Virus record (IMG/VR): IMGVR_UViG_3300038853_000032
From: an uncultured virus (IMG/VR IMGVR_UViG_3300038853_000032)
Lineage: Duplodnaviria > Heunggongvirae > Uroviricota > Caudoviricetes
Direction: 5' to 3' (one strand)
DNA: 56,808 bases
Below are positions 27,059 through 36,461 of this stretch, piece by piece. A program made the translations under genes and the position numbers. The number at the start of each line of letters is the position of its first letter. The stretch's first letter is position 1. Under the pieces are notes generated by a model. The model did not search any database and was not told the origin of the DNA. It worked only from the letters and a program-made list of their open reading frames with translations.

Positions 27059-28015
27059 ATGAAAATCTTATTATCCGCCGACTGGCACATTGCTCTTCAT
27101 AAAAAGAAAATACCAAATCAATGGCAAGCCAACAGATTTCGGTTGTTTTATGAAAAACTAGAATTATTTGAAAAAGAATGTGATATTCACATTATTGCAG
27201 GGGATATTTTTGATAAAAAACCAGAACCAGACGAAATCTGTTTATTTTTAAGATACATTAACTCTGTATCTATTCCAACCTATATTATTCCTGGCAATCA
27301 CGAAGCTACCAAAAAAGGGCGAACATTCTTTACCCATTTTCACGAAGATAAAGCCATTAAGAATCCCCATATAGAGATTATTACACAAAATAAGCATAAA
27401 GAAATTCTTAATCAAGGATTTCAATTTTTTCCATATGGAGAAATGCAGCTAAACAATTTACCCACACCGATTAAAAATGATATATTAGTTACTCACATTA
27501 GGGGAGAAGTACCTCCTCACATAACCCCCGAATATGATTTTGAAAAACTTCGACCTTGGAAATTAATACTTTTAGGAGATTTACATTTTAACCACCGGTA
27601 CTTAGACTATCCTGCATACTATCCTGGAAGTCCTTTAAATGTTTCCTTTGATCGCGATGAATCACGACAATACGGTATTAACATTGTAAATTTTAACCAT
27701 ATAGAAGATTATAGTGTTCAGTTTAAGCCCTTAAATCTTCCAAAATTAATCAGAAAAACGATTAAAGCTGGAGATCCTATTACTAAGGATACTTACCACC
27801 ATGTAGTTTATGAAGTAACAGGAAGCATAGACGAACTATCAAAAATTTCTAATCACGACCAATTAGATAAGAAAATTGCATTTAAACCCGAAGAATCTTC
27901 CAAATTACAACTAAAAGACATGACTCTTATTGAAGAATTAAAAGCTTATCTAAAATATATAAAAGTTGAAGATACAGACAGTGTAATAAACGAGTTTCAA
28001 GGACTTAATATATAA
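27059..28015 (+). CDS. D12: Mre11/SbcD-like nuclease (T5 D12)
   Basis: ADWH, AGDIFD, PGNHE, THIRG, GDLH, YPGSP. Confidence 0.92.
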   Translation: MKILLSADWHIALHKKKIPNQWQANRFRLFYEKLELFEKECDIHIIAGDIFDKKPEPDEICLFLRYINSVSIPTYIIPGNHEATKKGRTFFTHFHEDKAIKNPHIEIITQNKHKEILNQGFQFFPYGEMQLNNLPTPIKNDILVTHIRGEVPPHITPEYDFEKLRPWKLILLGDLHFNHRYLDYPAYYPGSPLNVSFDRDESRQYGINIVNFNHIEDYSVQFKPLNLPKLIRKTIKAGDPITKDTYHHVVYEVTGSIDELSKISNHDQLDKKIAFKPEESSKLQLKDMTLIEELKAYLKYIKVEDTDSVINEFQGLNI

Positions 28016-29853
28016 TGATTAAGCTTAATAAACTCACAATTAATAATATGTTTAGTTACGGAAATTCCAACGAACTAAATTTAAGCTCTAACAGAATTAC
28101 CCAACTGACGGCCCCCAACGGCAGTGGAAAGTCAACCATTGCTCTTATATTACAAGAACTTTTATACAGTAAAAATATTAAAAGCATTAAAAAAGCAGAT
28201 ATTCTTAATCGATATTCTAAAAAAGATACATGGTCAGGAAAACTCGAATTTAGTGTGAACGAAAAAGTTTTTAATGTTGAAATTAAAAGAACCAAAAACC
28301 AAAGTAAAGTAAAATTCTATCAACAAGTCGGTCCTAATGTAATCGACTTAACAGAACATAAAATTCCAGATACCTATAAAAAAATCCAAGAAATATTGGG
28401 TCTTGATTTTGAAATATTTTCTCAATTAACTTATCAAAGCAGTACTGATCTTTTAGAATTCTTAAAAGCTACCGATACTAACAGAAAAAAATTCTTAATT
28501 AAACTTTTTAATTTAGAAAAGTATCCAAATATTGGTGAAGTTATAAAACTAAAACTATCAGAGTCAGAAAAACTACTTTACAAATTAGATGGAGAAATGA
28601 AAAGTATTAAAGATTTTTTAGTAACCACAGTTATCGCAGATAAAAAAGAATTAACCCATGTTCCATCAGTGGACGAAACAAAACGACAAGAACTAGCTAA
28701 AGCAGAAAACAAAATAATAGAATACGAAACTGTTTGTAAAAAGATTGATAAAAATAATCTTTATATTAAAGAACGAAATAATCTTAAATTTGATATTTCT
28801 ATGGGAGAACCCGACAGGAACTTTCAACTCGATGATCAATACTCTAACTTAAAACAAGAATTAACTGAACTTAATATCAACCGTAGAAATATTACTAATG
28901 CAATAGGCAACCTTAACACAGCAAATACTTGTTATACCTGTGGACAAGCCATAGATAACTCTCAATCTATTACTTTACAAGATAATTTAGAAGAAGATCT
29001 GCACACTACAGTTAATAGTATTACTAAAAAAGATCTAGAGTTAACTTCTCTAAGAGAAAAACTTAATATTTACGAAAATAAACTTAGAGACTGGACTAAC
29101 AATCAAAGAACTATTGAAAAGTTTGAACAACTAAGTCAATTTATCGACTCTTCAATTCCAAATCAGTATCCTGATTTTAATGAGTTAAAACAGGAAGTCA
29201 AAAGTTTAAAGACTGAGTTATGGGATCAAGAAAAAAGAAAAAATGACGCTACCGAACACAACGAAAAAATTAAAATTCACAATACTAAAACAGATGCTCT
29301 AATTGAGCAAAAACGATATTTTTTAGCTCGACAAGAACTCTTGAATAATGATATACTAAATCTTAAATTAAAGATTAAAAATCTTAATATACTAAGAAAA
29401 GCGTTTAGTACTACAGGTATAGTAGCATATAAACTCGAAAACTTAACCAAAGAACTCGAAACTGTCATTAACAACTACTTATCAGAATTATCAGATGGAC
29501 AGTTTCAAGTTGTTTTTCGTTTAACTGGTGAAAAACTAAACATTATTGTTATTAATAATGGACAAGAATCACCTATTGAAACAGTGTCAGGTGGAGAATT
29601 TAGCAGAATTCAAACTGCTATTTTATTAGCAATTCGTAATATTTTATCTAAAATTGGAGGAAATTATATTAACCTCTTATTTTTAGATGAAATTACAGGA
29701 GTTTTAGATGAAGCAGGTAAAGAAAAATTAATTGAACTTCTTCAAAACGAAGAAAACTTAAATATTTTTCTTATTTCACATGATTTTACCCACCCATTAA
29801 TTGACAAACTTTCTATTTATAAAGAAAACAATATCAGCACTATTGAAAGATGA
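28015..29853 (+). CDS. D13: Rad50/SbcC-like ATPase (T5 D13)
   Basis: 'NGSGKS', coiled coil with CYTCGQ hook, 'SGGE', 'LFLDE', 'ISH'. Confidence 0.93.
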   Translation: MIKLNKLTINNMFSYGNSNELNLSSNRITQLTAPNGSGKSTIALILQELLYSKNIKSIKKADILNRYSKKDTWSGKLEFSVNEKVFNVEIKRTKNQSKVKFYQQVGPNVIDLTEHKIPDTYKKIQEILGLDFEIFSQLTYQSSTDLLEFLKATDTNRKKFLIKLFNLEKYPNIGEVIKLKLSESEKLLYKLDGEMKSIKDFLVTTVIADKKELTHVPSVDETKRQELAKAENKIIEYETVCKKIDKNNLYIKERNNLKFDISMGEPDRNFQLDDQYSNLKQELTELNINRRNITNAIGNLNTANTCYTCGQAIDNSQSITLQDNLEEDLHTTVNSITKKDLELTSLREKLNIYENKLRDWTNNQRTIEKFEQLSQFIDSSIPNQYPDFNELKQEVKSLKTELWDQEKRKNDATEHNEKIKIHNTKTDALIEQKRYFLARQELLNNDILNLKLKIKNLNILRKAFSTTGIVAYKLENLTKELETVINNYLSELSDGQFQVVFRLTGEKLNIIVINNGQESPIETVSGGEFSRIQTAILLAIRNILSKIGGNYINLLFLDEITGVLDEAGKEKLIELLQNEENLNIFLISHDFTHPLIDKLSIYKENNISTIER

Positions 29854-29896
29854 GTCTAAAATAGTAAACTAATCGAGATTAGGAGAAAAAAAGATA

Positions 29897-32020
29897 ATGT
29901 TAGCACCAGGTAGATTTCCTATTGCATTTCATTTAAGAAGAGAATTTAAAGAAAAATTACAAAATACTCCTGTTAATTGGGAGTTTAAAGGTTTATCAGA
30001 ATTTACATATTATAGATCGTATGCTCGTAAAAAGTCAAACAATGGTTTGGAATCATGGGCAGATTGCGTCATTCGAGTAATCGAAGGCGTTTTTTCTATC
30101 CTTAAAACCTACTCTATATCAAGCCATGTTACTTGGAATGAAAAACATGCTCACAGAATAGCCCAAGAAGCGGCAGAACGAATGTTTGCTTTTAAATGGC
30201 TTCCCCCCGGACGAGGATTGTGGATGATGGGAACTTCTTTTATCTGGGAAAAAGGCGGAGCGTCTTTAAATAATTGTGCTTTTGTTTCTACTGAAGATAT
30301 AGATGCAGAATTATCTAAGCCCTTCGCTTTTTTAATGGACATGTCAATGTTAGGAGTCGGAGTAGGTTTTGATACTAAAGGTGCAGGTAAAATTTTGGTT
30401 ACAGAACCACAAGGAGAGCCGGAACTTGTTACAGTAGAAGATAGCAGAGAAGGTTGGGTCGAAGCTATTTCTTGTATTATTGATTCTTACTTAGATGAAG
30501 ATTCCTTACCAGTTACTCTTGATATTTCACTAGTCCGACCCTATGGGACACCGATACTAGGATTTGGTGGCGTTGCTTCAGGCCCTGAACCTTTAGTACA
30601 AGGGTTTAACGGTATTAAAGATATTCTTCGGAAACGTGCTCAACACGAAAATTCACTTTTAACTTCTGTTGACATCGTTGATATTGCTAATATTATTGGT
30701 AAAATCGTAATTGCTGGTAATGTTAGAAGAACTGCTGAAATTGCGTTTGCTGATCCAGGTGATAAAGAATTCCAAAAAATGAAAAATTGGGAAACTGCAG
30801 GCGTAGAAACAGGGTCAATAGCACCCACAGAACTAAAAGAAGAATCCTTACATGATTACGAAACGTATACTTCATCAGGAGATGAGCGGCCAAAAATTGC
30901 TAAAAAATATGGAAACCGAGAATGGGCATATAAATTTGGGGGATGGCGTTGGGCCTCTAATAACTCCATTTTTGCGCGTGTCGGGCAAGACTACACCGAA
31001 TTAGAAAAGTCCATAGCAACAGCAGGAGAACCAGGATTTGCTTGGCTAGAAAATATGCAAAAATATAGCCGAATGAAAGACCCTGCTAACTGGAAAGATA
31101 GAAGAGTAAAAGGTGGAAATCCGTGCTTAGAACAATCTTTAGAAACTTACGAACTGTGTTGTTTAGTAGAAACTTTTCCAGCTAAACACGAAGATTACTG
31201 GGACTTTCAACGAACTTTAAAGTTTGCTTACCTATATGCTAAAGCGGTAACGTTAATGGCAACTCATTGGAACGAAACTAATGATGTTATTAAGCGCAAT
31301 AGAAGAATTGGGTGTTCTCAAAGTGGGATTCAAGAAGCAATCCAAAAATTTAGTCGCCGTCAATATCTAGACAAATTCTGTGACCAAGCATATACTTATA
31401 TTCAATACATTGATAGAAAATATTCTGAATGGATGGGGGTTCCTCTGTCCAGAAAAACAACATCAGTTAAACCATCAGGAACCGTAAGTTTAGTAGCAGG
31501 CGCGTTACCAGGAATTCATTATGCTGAATCTGATGCGTACTATCGAACAGTAAGATTGGCTACCATCTCACCGTTAATTAAAATTTTAGAACAAGCTAGG
31601 TATAAAATAGAGCCAGCAGCTTCTGACCCAATTAGAACAAGAGTAGTGTACTTTCCAGTTCTTCACCATCCACAAACCATTTCTAAACATGATATTTCAA
31701 TTTGGGAACAATTCACTAACGCAACTGATTTACAATATTATTGGGCTGATAACCAGGTCTCTATTACAATTACTTTTAAACCTTCAGAAGCTGACCAAAT
31801 TGCTAGAGCTTTAAGCTGTTTCGACTCTCGACTAAAAGGAGTTTCGCTACTACCGTTAGCAGAACACGGTTACGCTCAAGCTCCTTACATTAGTGCACCC
31901 AGAAAAGAAATAGAAGAATACGAGAACCAACTACAACCATTAGATTTTTCTTCTCTTAATACCGAAGGAGAAGATGCTGATGCTAATAAATTCTGTGATT
32001 CTGATGGGTGTGAGGTTTAA
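29897..32020 (+). CDS. nrdJ: class II (AdoCbl-dependent) ribonucleotide reductase, monomeric RTPR type
   Basis: 'LPPGRGLW', 'LNNCAF', 'MLGVGVGF', 'GNVRRTAEI', 'NPCLEQ..E..ELCCLVE', 'VKPSGT', 'W.DNQVS.T', C-terminal CDSDGC. Confidence 0.95.
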   Translation: MLAPGRFPIAFHLRREFKEKLQNTPVNWEFKGLSEFTYYRSYARKKSNNGLESWADCVIRVIEGVFSILKTYSISSHVTWNEKHAHRIAQEAAERMFAFKWLPPGRGLWMMGTSFIWEKGGASLNNCAFVSTEDIDAELSKPFAFLMDMSMLGVGVGFDTKGAGKILVTEPQGEPELVTVEDSREGWVEAISCIIDSYLDEDSLPVTLDISLVRPYGTPILGFGGVASGPEPLVQGFNGIKDILRKRAQHENSLLTSVDIVDIANIIGKIVIAGNVRRTAEIAFADPGDKEFQKMKNWETAGVETGSIAPTELKEESLHDYETYTSSGDERPKIAKKYGNREWAYKFGGWRWASNNSIFARVGQDYTELEKSIATAGEPGFAWLENMQKYSRMKDPANWKDRRVKGGNPCLEQSLETYELCCLVETFPAKHEDYWDFQRTLKFAYLYAKAVTLMATHWNETNDVIKRNRRIGCSQSGIQEAIQKFSRRQYLDKFCDQAYTYIQYIDRKYSEWMGVPLSRKTTSVKPSGTVSLVAGALPGIHYAESDAYYRTVRLATISPLIKILEQARYKIEPAASDPIRTRVVYFPVLHHPQTISKHDISIWEQFTNATDLQYYWADNQVSITITFKPSEADQIARALSCFDSRLKGVSLLPLAEHGYAQAPYISAPRKEIEEYENQLQPLDFSSLNTEGEDADANKFCDSDGCEV

Positions 32021-32021
32021 A

Positions 32022-32369
32022 ATGGCGCATTTTTATGACAGTTGGGACTCAATAGGAGAAGTAGTTAAGGAAGATGAGCGATATAAAGTACTTGATAATA
32101 CACAATTAAACCACTTAGTAGTAAGCACTACGGTTCTTCAAGGTCATCAAAATACTACTGGGCATAGACATAAAGGACAAGAAGAAGTTTATATTTTTAT
32201 TTTAGGATCAGGAAAAATGGAAATTGAACAAAACGGAAAAACAAGTACTGAAAAAATTCATGCTGGAAGCGTAGTATTAATTGAAGATAATGATTTTCAT
32301 AAAGTCTATAATACCGAAAAAGGATCTTTAGAATTTATTTGCGTTTTCGAAGGTAAAAGGACACATTAA
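32022..32369 (+). CDS. cupin-domain protein
   Basis: 'GHRH..QEEVYIFI.G.G', 'G.VVLI....FHKVYN'. Confidence 0.85.
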   Translation: MAHFYDSWDSIGEVVKEDERYKVLDNTQLNHLVVSTTVLQGHQNTTGHRHKGQEEVYIFILGSGKMEIEQNGKTSTEKIHAGSVVLIEDNDFHKVYNTEKGSLEFICVFEGKRTH

Positions 32370-32370
32370 A

Positions 32371-32625
32371 ATGAGAGCTATAGTTTATAGTAAAATTCTC
32401 TGTCCCTATTGTGAGATGGCAAAGAAACTCCTTCAAAAAAAAGGAGTTTCATACGAAGAATTAATCATTGATGTAGATATTTCTTTACAAAAAGCTTTTG
32501 GGGAGATTGGAACTTCCTTTAAAAGTGTACCCCAAATAGTTCTTGACGGAACCCATATTCCAGGGTATAATGCTCTTGTAGAATATTTTAAGAAAAAAGA
32601 GCAAAACAATGGGGAACCCAAGTAA
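32371..32625 (+). CDS. grx: glutaredoxin
   Basis: CPYC, 'SVPQI', 'HIPGY'. Confidence 0.9.
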   Translation: MRAIVYSKILCPYCEMAKKLLQKKGVSYEELIIDVDISLQKAFGEIGTSFKSVPQIVLDGTHIPGYNALVEYFKKKEQNNGEPK

Positions 32626-33052
32626 AATTAAAGGTTGTGCTTACGAAGCAAAAATACGAGATTTATTAACAAACGAACTAAAAATTGAATTTAAAAGGAT
32701 GCCACTCAGTGGATCATTGGAGTATCTAAAAGGCGATCTTTGGACTCCGTTTGATACTGCTGGGTGGCCTTATTGTATTGAGTGCAAACACTACAAAGAA
32801 GTAAACTGGAATAATTTATTAACTGCAAAATCTTCTGATTTATATAAGTTTTGGAATCAAACCCAACGAGAAGCAAAAGTAATGAAAAAAAAGCCACTAC
32901 TAATCTATCGGTGGAACAGATCTAAAGACTATATATGCTGGAATGATGATATAAAATTAAAACATCAAATAGAAGTTAACTGTTTTGACCACCATTTTTA
33001 CATGGGAATTTTAACCGATTGGATTACCAAATACAGAGAGACCCTGGCATGA
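32609..33052 (+). CDS. D14: Holliday junction resolvase-like PD-(D/E)xK nuclease (T5 D14)
   Basis: 'SK.KG..YE', 'R.PLSG', 'KGD', 'IECKHYK', 'W.Q..RE'. Confidence 0.85.
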   Translation: MGNPSKIKGCAYEAKIRDLLTNELKIEFKRMPLSGSLEYLKGDLWTPFDTAGWPYCIECKHYKEVNWNNLLTAKSSDLYKFWNQTQREAKVMKKKPLLIYRWNRSKDYICWNDDIKLKHQIEVNCFDHHFYMGILTDWITKYRETLA

Positions 33053-33675
33053 AATACTACGAAATAAAAATTAACGGCTACGGCGGAGAGTTAGTTAACG
33101 GAAAAGTAACTAAAGAACAATACGAGTTTTGGGTTGAACAAAACGAAGAAACACTTTCTCATCACGTTTTTTATGATCCCTACGACGAAACAAAAGAAAA
33201 TTTAATACACGATGATAAAGACCCTCGCTTCTTAGGTTATTGGCATGATCTAGATGATATTATACACGAAAATGGGGCTGACCTCGGTAGTGCTTATATT
33301 GAAATTAACGAAGTAAACAAATCAAACGCGCGTTTAAAAGATGTTGTTGAAAACACAGAGTTACAACCATTACTCAAAGAAGGTCAAAACTTATGTACTA
33401 CAAAGTCAATTGATTTAGATGACTATGCCACTTATGACGGACATAACTATATTTTTCAGGGTATGAGCATAGAAAAAGGTCTTTTCTTTCACACTATTCT
33501 TGAGTTACCAGACAATGAAAAATTTGATTTTAATAAACTAGAGTTTATGGTTACAGAGTGTCCTATTGGGGATGAGATAGTTTATTGTACCGCCTACGAC
33601 AACCATAGTCTTGACAATACTATGGGAGGTGACACTATAGGCAAAGGAATTAGTATGGAAGTATTTGATTATTAA
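33049..33675 (+). CDS. acidic hypothetical protein
   Basis: ATGA-coupled ORF; no motif recognised. Confidence 0.65.
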   Translation: MKYYEIKINGYGGELVNGKVTKEQYEFWVEQNEETLSHHVFYDPYDETKENLIHDDKDPRFLGYWHDLDDIIHENGADLGSAYIEINEVNKSNARLKDVVENTELQPLLKEGQNLCTTKSIDLDDYATYDGHNYIFQGMSIEKGLFFHTILELPDNEKFDFNKLEFMVTECPIGDEIVYCTAYDNHSLDNTMGGDTIGKGISMEVFDY

Positions 33676-33698
33676 AACTCAAACATAGAGGTGGAAAA

Positions 33699-34142
33699 AT
33701 GAACATAGAGAAATTAAGAAGAGATTTAGAATACGACGAAGGCGTGATCAATTCGATATATAAAGATCACCTGGGATATCCAACTTTTGGCATTGGTCAT
33801 TTGATAACTAAAAATGATAGGGAATATGGTCAAGAAGTAGGTACTCTTGTTCCCGAATGGAGAAGTCGTGCAGTTTTTGAGACAGATATTGAGATAGTTT
33901 TAAAAGACTGCGTTAAGCTTTATGATGACTTTTATGACTTACCCGAAGAAGCACAATTAGTTATTGCTAATATGATGTTTAATCTTGGTTATACTAGATT
34001 TAGTAAGTTTAAAGGTATGAAGGCAGGTGTAGACTCAAGAGATTGGAACAAAGCTGCTGATGAGATGATAGATTCTCGTTGGTACCGCCAAGTCACAAAC
34101 AGAGCCAATAGACTTGTAGAAAGAATCAAAGCTTTAGTATAA
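33699..34142 (+). CDS. GH24 (T4-type) lysozyme / endolysin
   Basis: 'DEG....IYKDHLGYPTFGIGHL' (E-x8-D-x5-T), 'NMMFNLG', 'AADEM.DSRWYRQ..NRA.RL'. Confidence 0.92.
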   Translation: MNIEKLRRDLEYDEGVINSIYKDHLGYPTFGIGHLITKNDREYGQEVGTLVPEWRSRAVFETDIEIVLKDCVKLYDDFYDLPEEAQLVIANMMFNLGYTRFSKFKGMKAGVDSRDWNKAADEMIDSRWYRQVTNRANRLVERIKALV

Positions 34143-34216
34143 ATTTTTTAATGGAAACTATTGCAAAAAAAATGAAAAAACTAAATACCTTATAAGATTA
34201 ATTCGTTAAATGAATC

Positions 34217-34245
34217 TTGATAAAACCTTTAAAAAATGCTATAAT
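34217..34245 (+). promoter_or_regulatory. sigma70-type promoter for D15
   Basis: TTGATA-17-TATAAT with TG extended -10. Confidence 0.75.
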
Positions 34246-34270
34246 ACAAAAATGAAAGGTTATCAACATA

Positions 34271-35119
34271 ATGACTGATATAAAAGGATGGAATGATCTT
34301 GCCGCTGTGCAAGATCAACTAGGAGAAAAAAATAATCTTCTTATTATTGATGGTAATAATTTAGCGTATCGCTGGATACAAAGAAAAAATTACAATCATT
34401 TTGAAGAAGACTACCACCGAACCATCGAAAGTTTAGGCAAAAGCTATAAAGCAGATAAAATTATTATTTGTTTTGATTTTGGAAAAAGTTATTACCGAAT
34501 AGAGTTAGCAGACGGTTATAAAAGCACTCGTAAAAAACCAAAAGATGAAGATGAGTTAAAGAAATACCAAGAATTTTTTGATTGTTTAAATGCTATTTAT
34601 GAAGATTTACCTTATGATAAACACAAGTATCGAGGAGTAGAAGCAGATGATTTAATGACTTTTTTTACTATAAAATTGTCAGGCAATTATGAGCATACGT
34701 GGATTATCTCAAGTGACCGAGACTTATACCAGTTATTAAAAGATAATGTAAGCATATTTAATATTTTTTCTCGAAGAGAAGTTAACACTGATTACTTATT
34801 AGAAAATTTTGGAACTACTCCTTCCGAGTATTTACTTTCTCGCTATCTTGAAGGAGATAAAAGTGATGCTATTGATGGAGTACCTGGAATCGGGCCAAAA
34901 AGAGCACAAACACTTGCTCTTAAATACCATGAACTAGAGCCTTTATTAAAGGCATTACCTTTAAAAGGGCGAAGCCAATATATTAAAAACCTAAATCAAA
35001 GTAAAGAATTACTTTTACGAAATGAAAGAATGATTAATTTAACAAAGTACAATCGTCAAGCAATTGAAGCAGGCAAAGAAGGCAACGAAGTTTGGAAAGG
35101 ACTTAACCAGTATGTCTAA
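34271..35119 (+). CDS. D15: 5'-3' exonuclease / flap endonuclease (T5 D15)
   Basis: 'IIDGNNLAYR', 'FDFGKSYYR....GYK..R', 'GVEADD', 'SSDRD..QL', 'GDKSD.I.GV.GIGPKRA'. Confidence 0.94.
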   Translation: MTDIKGWNDLAAVQDQLGEKNNLLIIDGNNLAYRWIQRKNYNHFEEDYHRTIESLGKSYKADKIIICFDFGKSYYRIELADGYKSTRKKPKDEDELKKYQEFFDCLNAIYEDLPYDKHKYRGVEADDLMTFFTIKLSGNYEHTWIISSDRDLYQLLKDNVSIFNIFSRREVNTDYLLENFGTTPSEYLLSRYLEGDKSDAIDGVPGIGPKRAQTLALKYHELEPLLKALPLKGRSQYIKNLNQSKELLLRNERMINLTKYNRQAIEAGKEGNEVWKGLNQYV

Positions 35120-35654
35120 CTTAGAAGTTAATATACAAAAAACGTTAGAAGCCAAGGATTTAGAAAAAAGACTAAATATTAAATGGGACTTAATGCAGCA
35201 ATTTCCCTATGACGCAGGATTTGATCTGCGTGCGTGCATACCTAGTCCTCTTAGACTTCTACCAACGGGACATACAACAGTTCCTACCGGACTTCATTTT
35301 GAACTAGGTAATCCTAATTGGGAAATTCAAATTCGCCCACGAAGTGGCCTAGCAGCCAATTATGGAATTACTGTTCTTAATAGTCCTGGAACTGTCGATT
35401 TTGGATATAGAAAAGAAGTAAAAATAATTTTATATAATTGTGATGTGTATAACGACTTTCTCATTAGTCCGGGCGATCGTATTGCACAAGCTTGTTTTAG
35501 AGAAATACCTGAAATTAAATTTACCTATGTAGATCAAATTTCTCAAGTTATTAACGTTAAACAGCAACAAAAAAAAGCTGTCTCCTTAGCTGAAGAAATG
35601 AAAAACAAACTTCTTCAAAAAAGAGGTGGCTTTGGAAGTACAGGCGCACAATAA
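35112..35654 (+). CDS. dut: trimeric dUTPase
   Basis: AGFDL, RPRSGLA, PGTVD.GYR, GDRIAQ, RGGFGSTG. Confidence 0.94.
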   Translation: MSNLEVNIQKTLEAKDLEKRLNIKWDLMQQFPYDAGFDLRACIPSPLRLLPTGHTTVPTGLHFELGNPNWEIQIRPRSGLAANYGITVLNSPGTVDFGYRKEVKIILYNCDVYNDFLISPGDRIAQACFREIPEIKFTYVDQISQVINVKQQQKKAVSLAEEMKNKLLQKRGGFGSTGAQ

Positions 35655-35881
35655 TGAAACACCTAATTTTACTCATGCTACCTATATTTCTTATAGGTTG
35701 CGAAACTTATGAACCCTTAATCGACCTTAAAGCAAGCGAAGATGACAAAGCTAAACACGCACAAGAAGATCACATGGAATGTGAATGGTTAATAAATCGT
35801 TATGTTCAAGGTTGGTTTATTGATGAAAACGAGATGATAAGAAAATGCTTACACGGACGCGGACACTCTGTTCTCAATTAA
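35654..35881 (+). CDS. small lipoprotein
   Basis: Lipobox LIGC; C-terminal 'CLHGRGHSVLN'. Confidence 0.75.
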   Translation: MKHLILLMLPIFLIGCETYEPLIDLKASEDDKAKHAQEDHMECEWLINRYVQGWFIDENEMIRKCLHGRGHSVLN

Positions 35882-36327
35882 TTCTTAGTACGATGTTACT
35901 CGGTTGTACAACCAGTGACTTTGAAGATTTCAGATGGTGGCACACAAAAAAAGCAGAAGTAGATTTAGCAACTGTTTCTGATCCTTCTCAGTACCAAAGA
36001 GATTATGCAGAGTGTTATTCATGGTCAAGTGCTCACGTACAAGGACACGCTAATATTGCTACCGATACCGGAAAAGGAATAATTCAAAGCGGAACTACTA
36101 ACTACGCAATAAATTCCATATTCCCTGATCCTACGTTAGCTATGTCCACCACTGTAATAAATGGAGCCGCAGGAGGAGCAATAGGTGGATTTATGTGGTC
36201 TTCGTGGACAAGTAATTTTAAAATAAATTTTTATACCGCAAAATGTTTAATAGGAAGAGGTTATATTCTTTTAGACCACGAATGGTGGGATAAAAAAGCA
36301 GAAACAAGATTTTCTGGTATACTGTAA
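35845..36327 (+). CDS. glycine-zipper lipoprotein
   Basis: Lipobox LLGC; 'GAAGGAIGG'; 'CLIGRGYILL'. Confidence 0.7.
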   Translation: MLTRTRTLCSQLILSTMLLGCTTSDFEDFRWWHTKKAEVDLATVSDPSQYQRDYAECYSWSSAHVQGHANIATDTGKGIIQSGTTNYAINSIFPDPTLAMSTTVINGAAGGAIGGFMWSSWTSNFKINFYTAKCLIGRGYILLDHEWWDKKAETRFSGIL

Positions 36328-36353
36328 AAAAGCCCCTTTATGGGGCTTTTTTT
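36326..36353. terminator. bidirectional intrinsic terminator where the two arms converge
   Basis: AAAAAAGCCCC-TTTAT-GGGGCTTTTTTT. Confidence 0.9.
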
Positions 36354-36364
36354 ATACAAAATAC

Positions 36365-36451
36365 TGGCTCCGAGGGCTGGATTCGAACCAGCACGCTCTT
36401 TCAAGCACTAGCTAAACAGGCTAGCATGTCTCCCATTTCCATCACCCCGGA
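36365..36451 (-). tRNA. 87-nt tRNA, anticodon GTT (Asn), non-canonical Leu-type body with long variable arm; CCA encoded
   Basis: TCCGGGG TG ATGGAAATGGGAGACAT G CTAGC CTGTTTA GCTAG TGCTTGAAAGAGCGT GCTGG TTCGAAT CCAGC CCTCGGA G CCA; all stems pair. Confidence 0.9.
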
Positions 36452-36461
36452 TCAATCAGTA

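Noticed and set aside
18764..32020. Introns or inteins in the polymerase, helicase or RNR
   Set aside because: ORFs are continuous and of ordinary length, with no Hint motifs; the short NrdJ insertion lacks C...HN ends
36405..36425. Reading the anticodon as UUU (Lys) or UUA (ochre suppressor)
   Set aside because: The 5-bp stem CUAGC/GCUAG closes a 7-nt loop CU-GUU-UA, so GUU is central, and the acceptor end agrees with Asn
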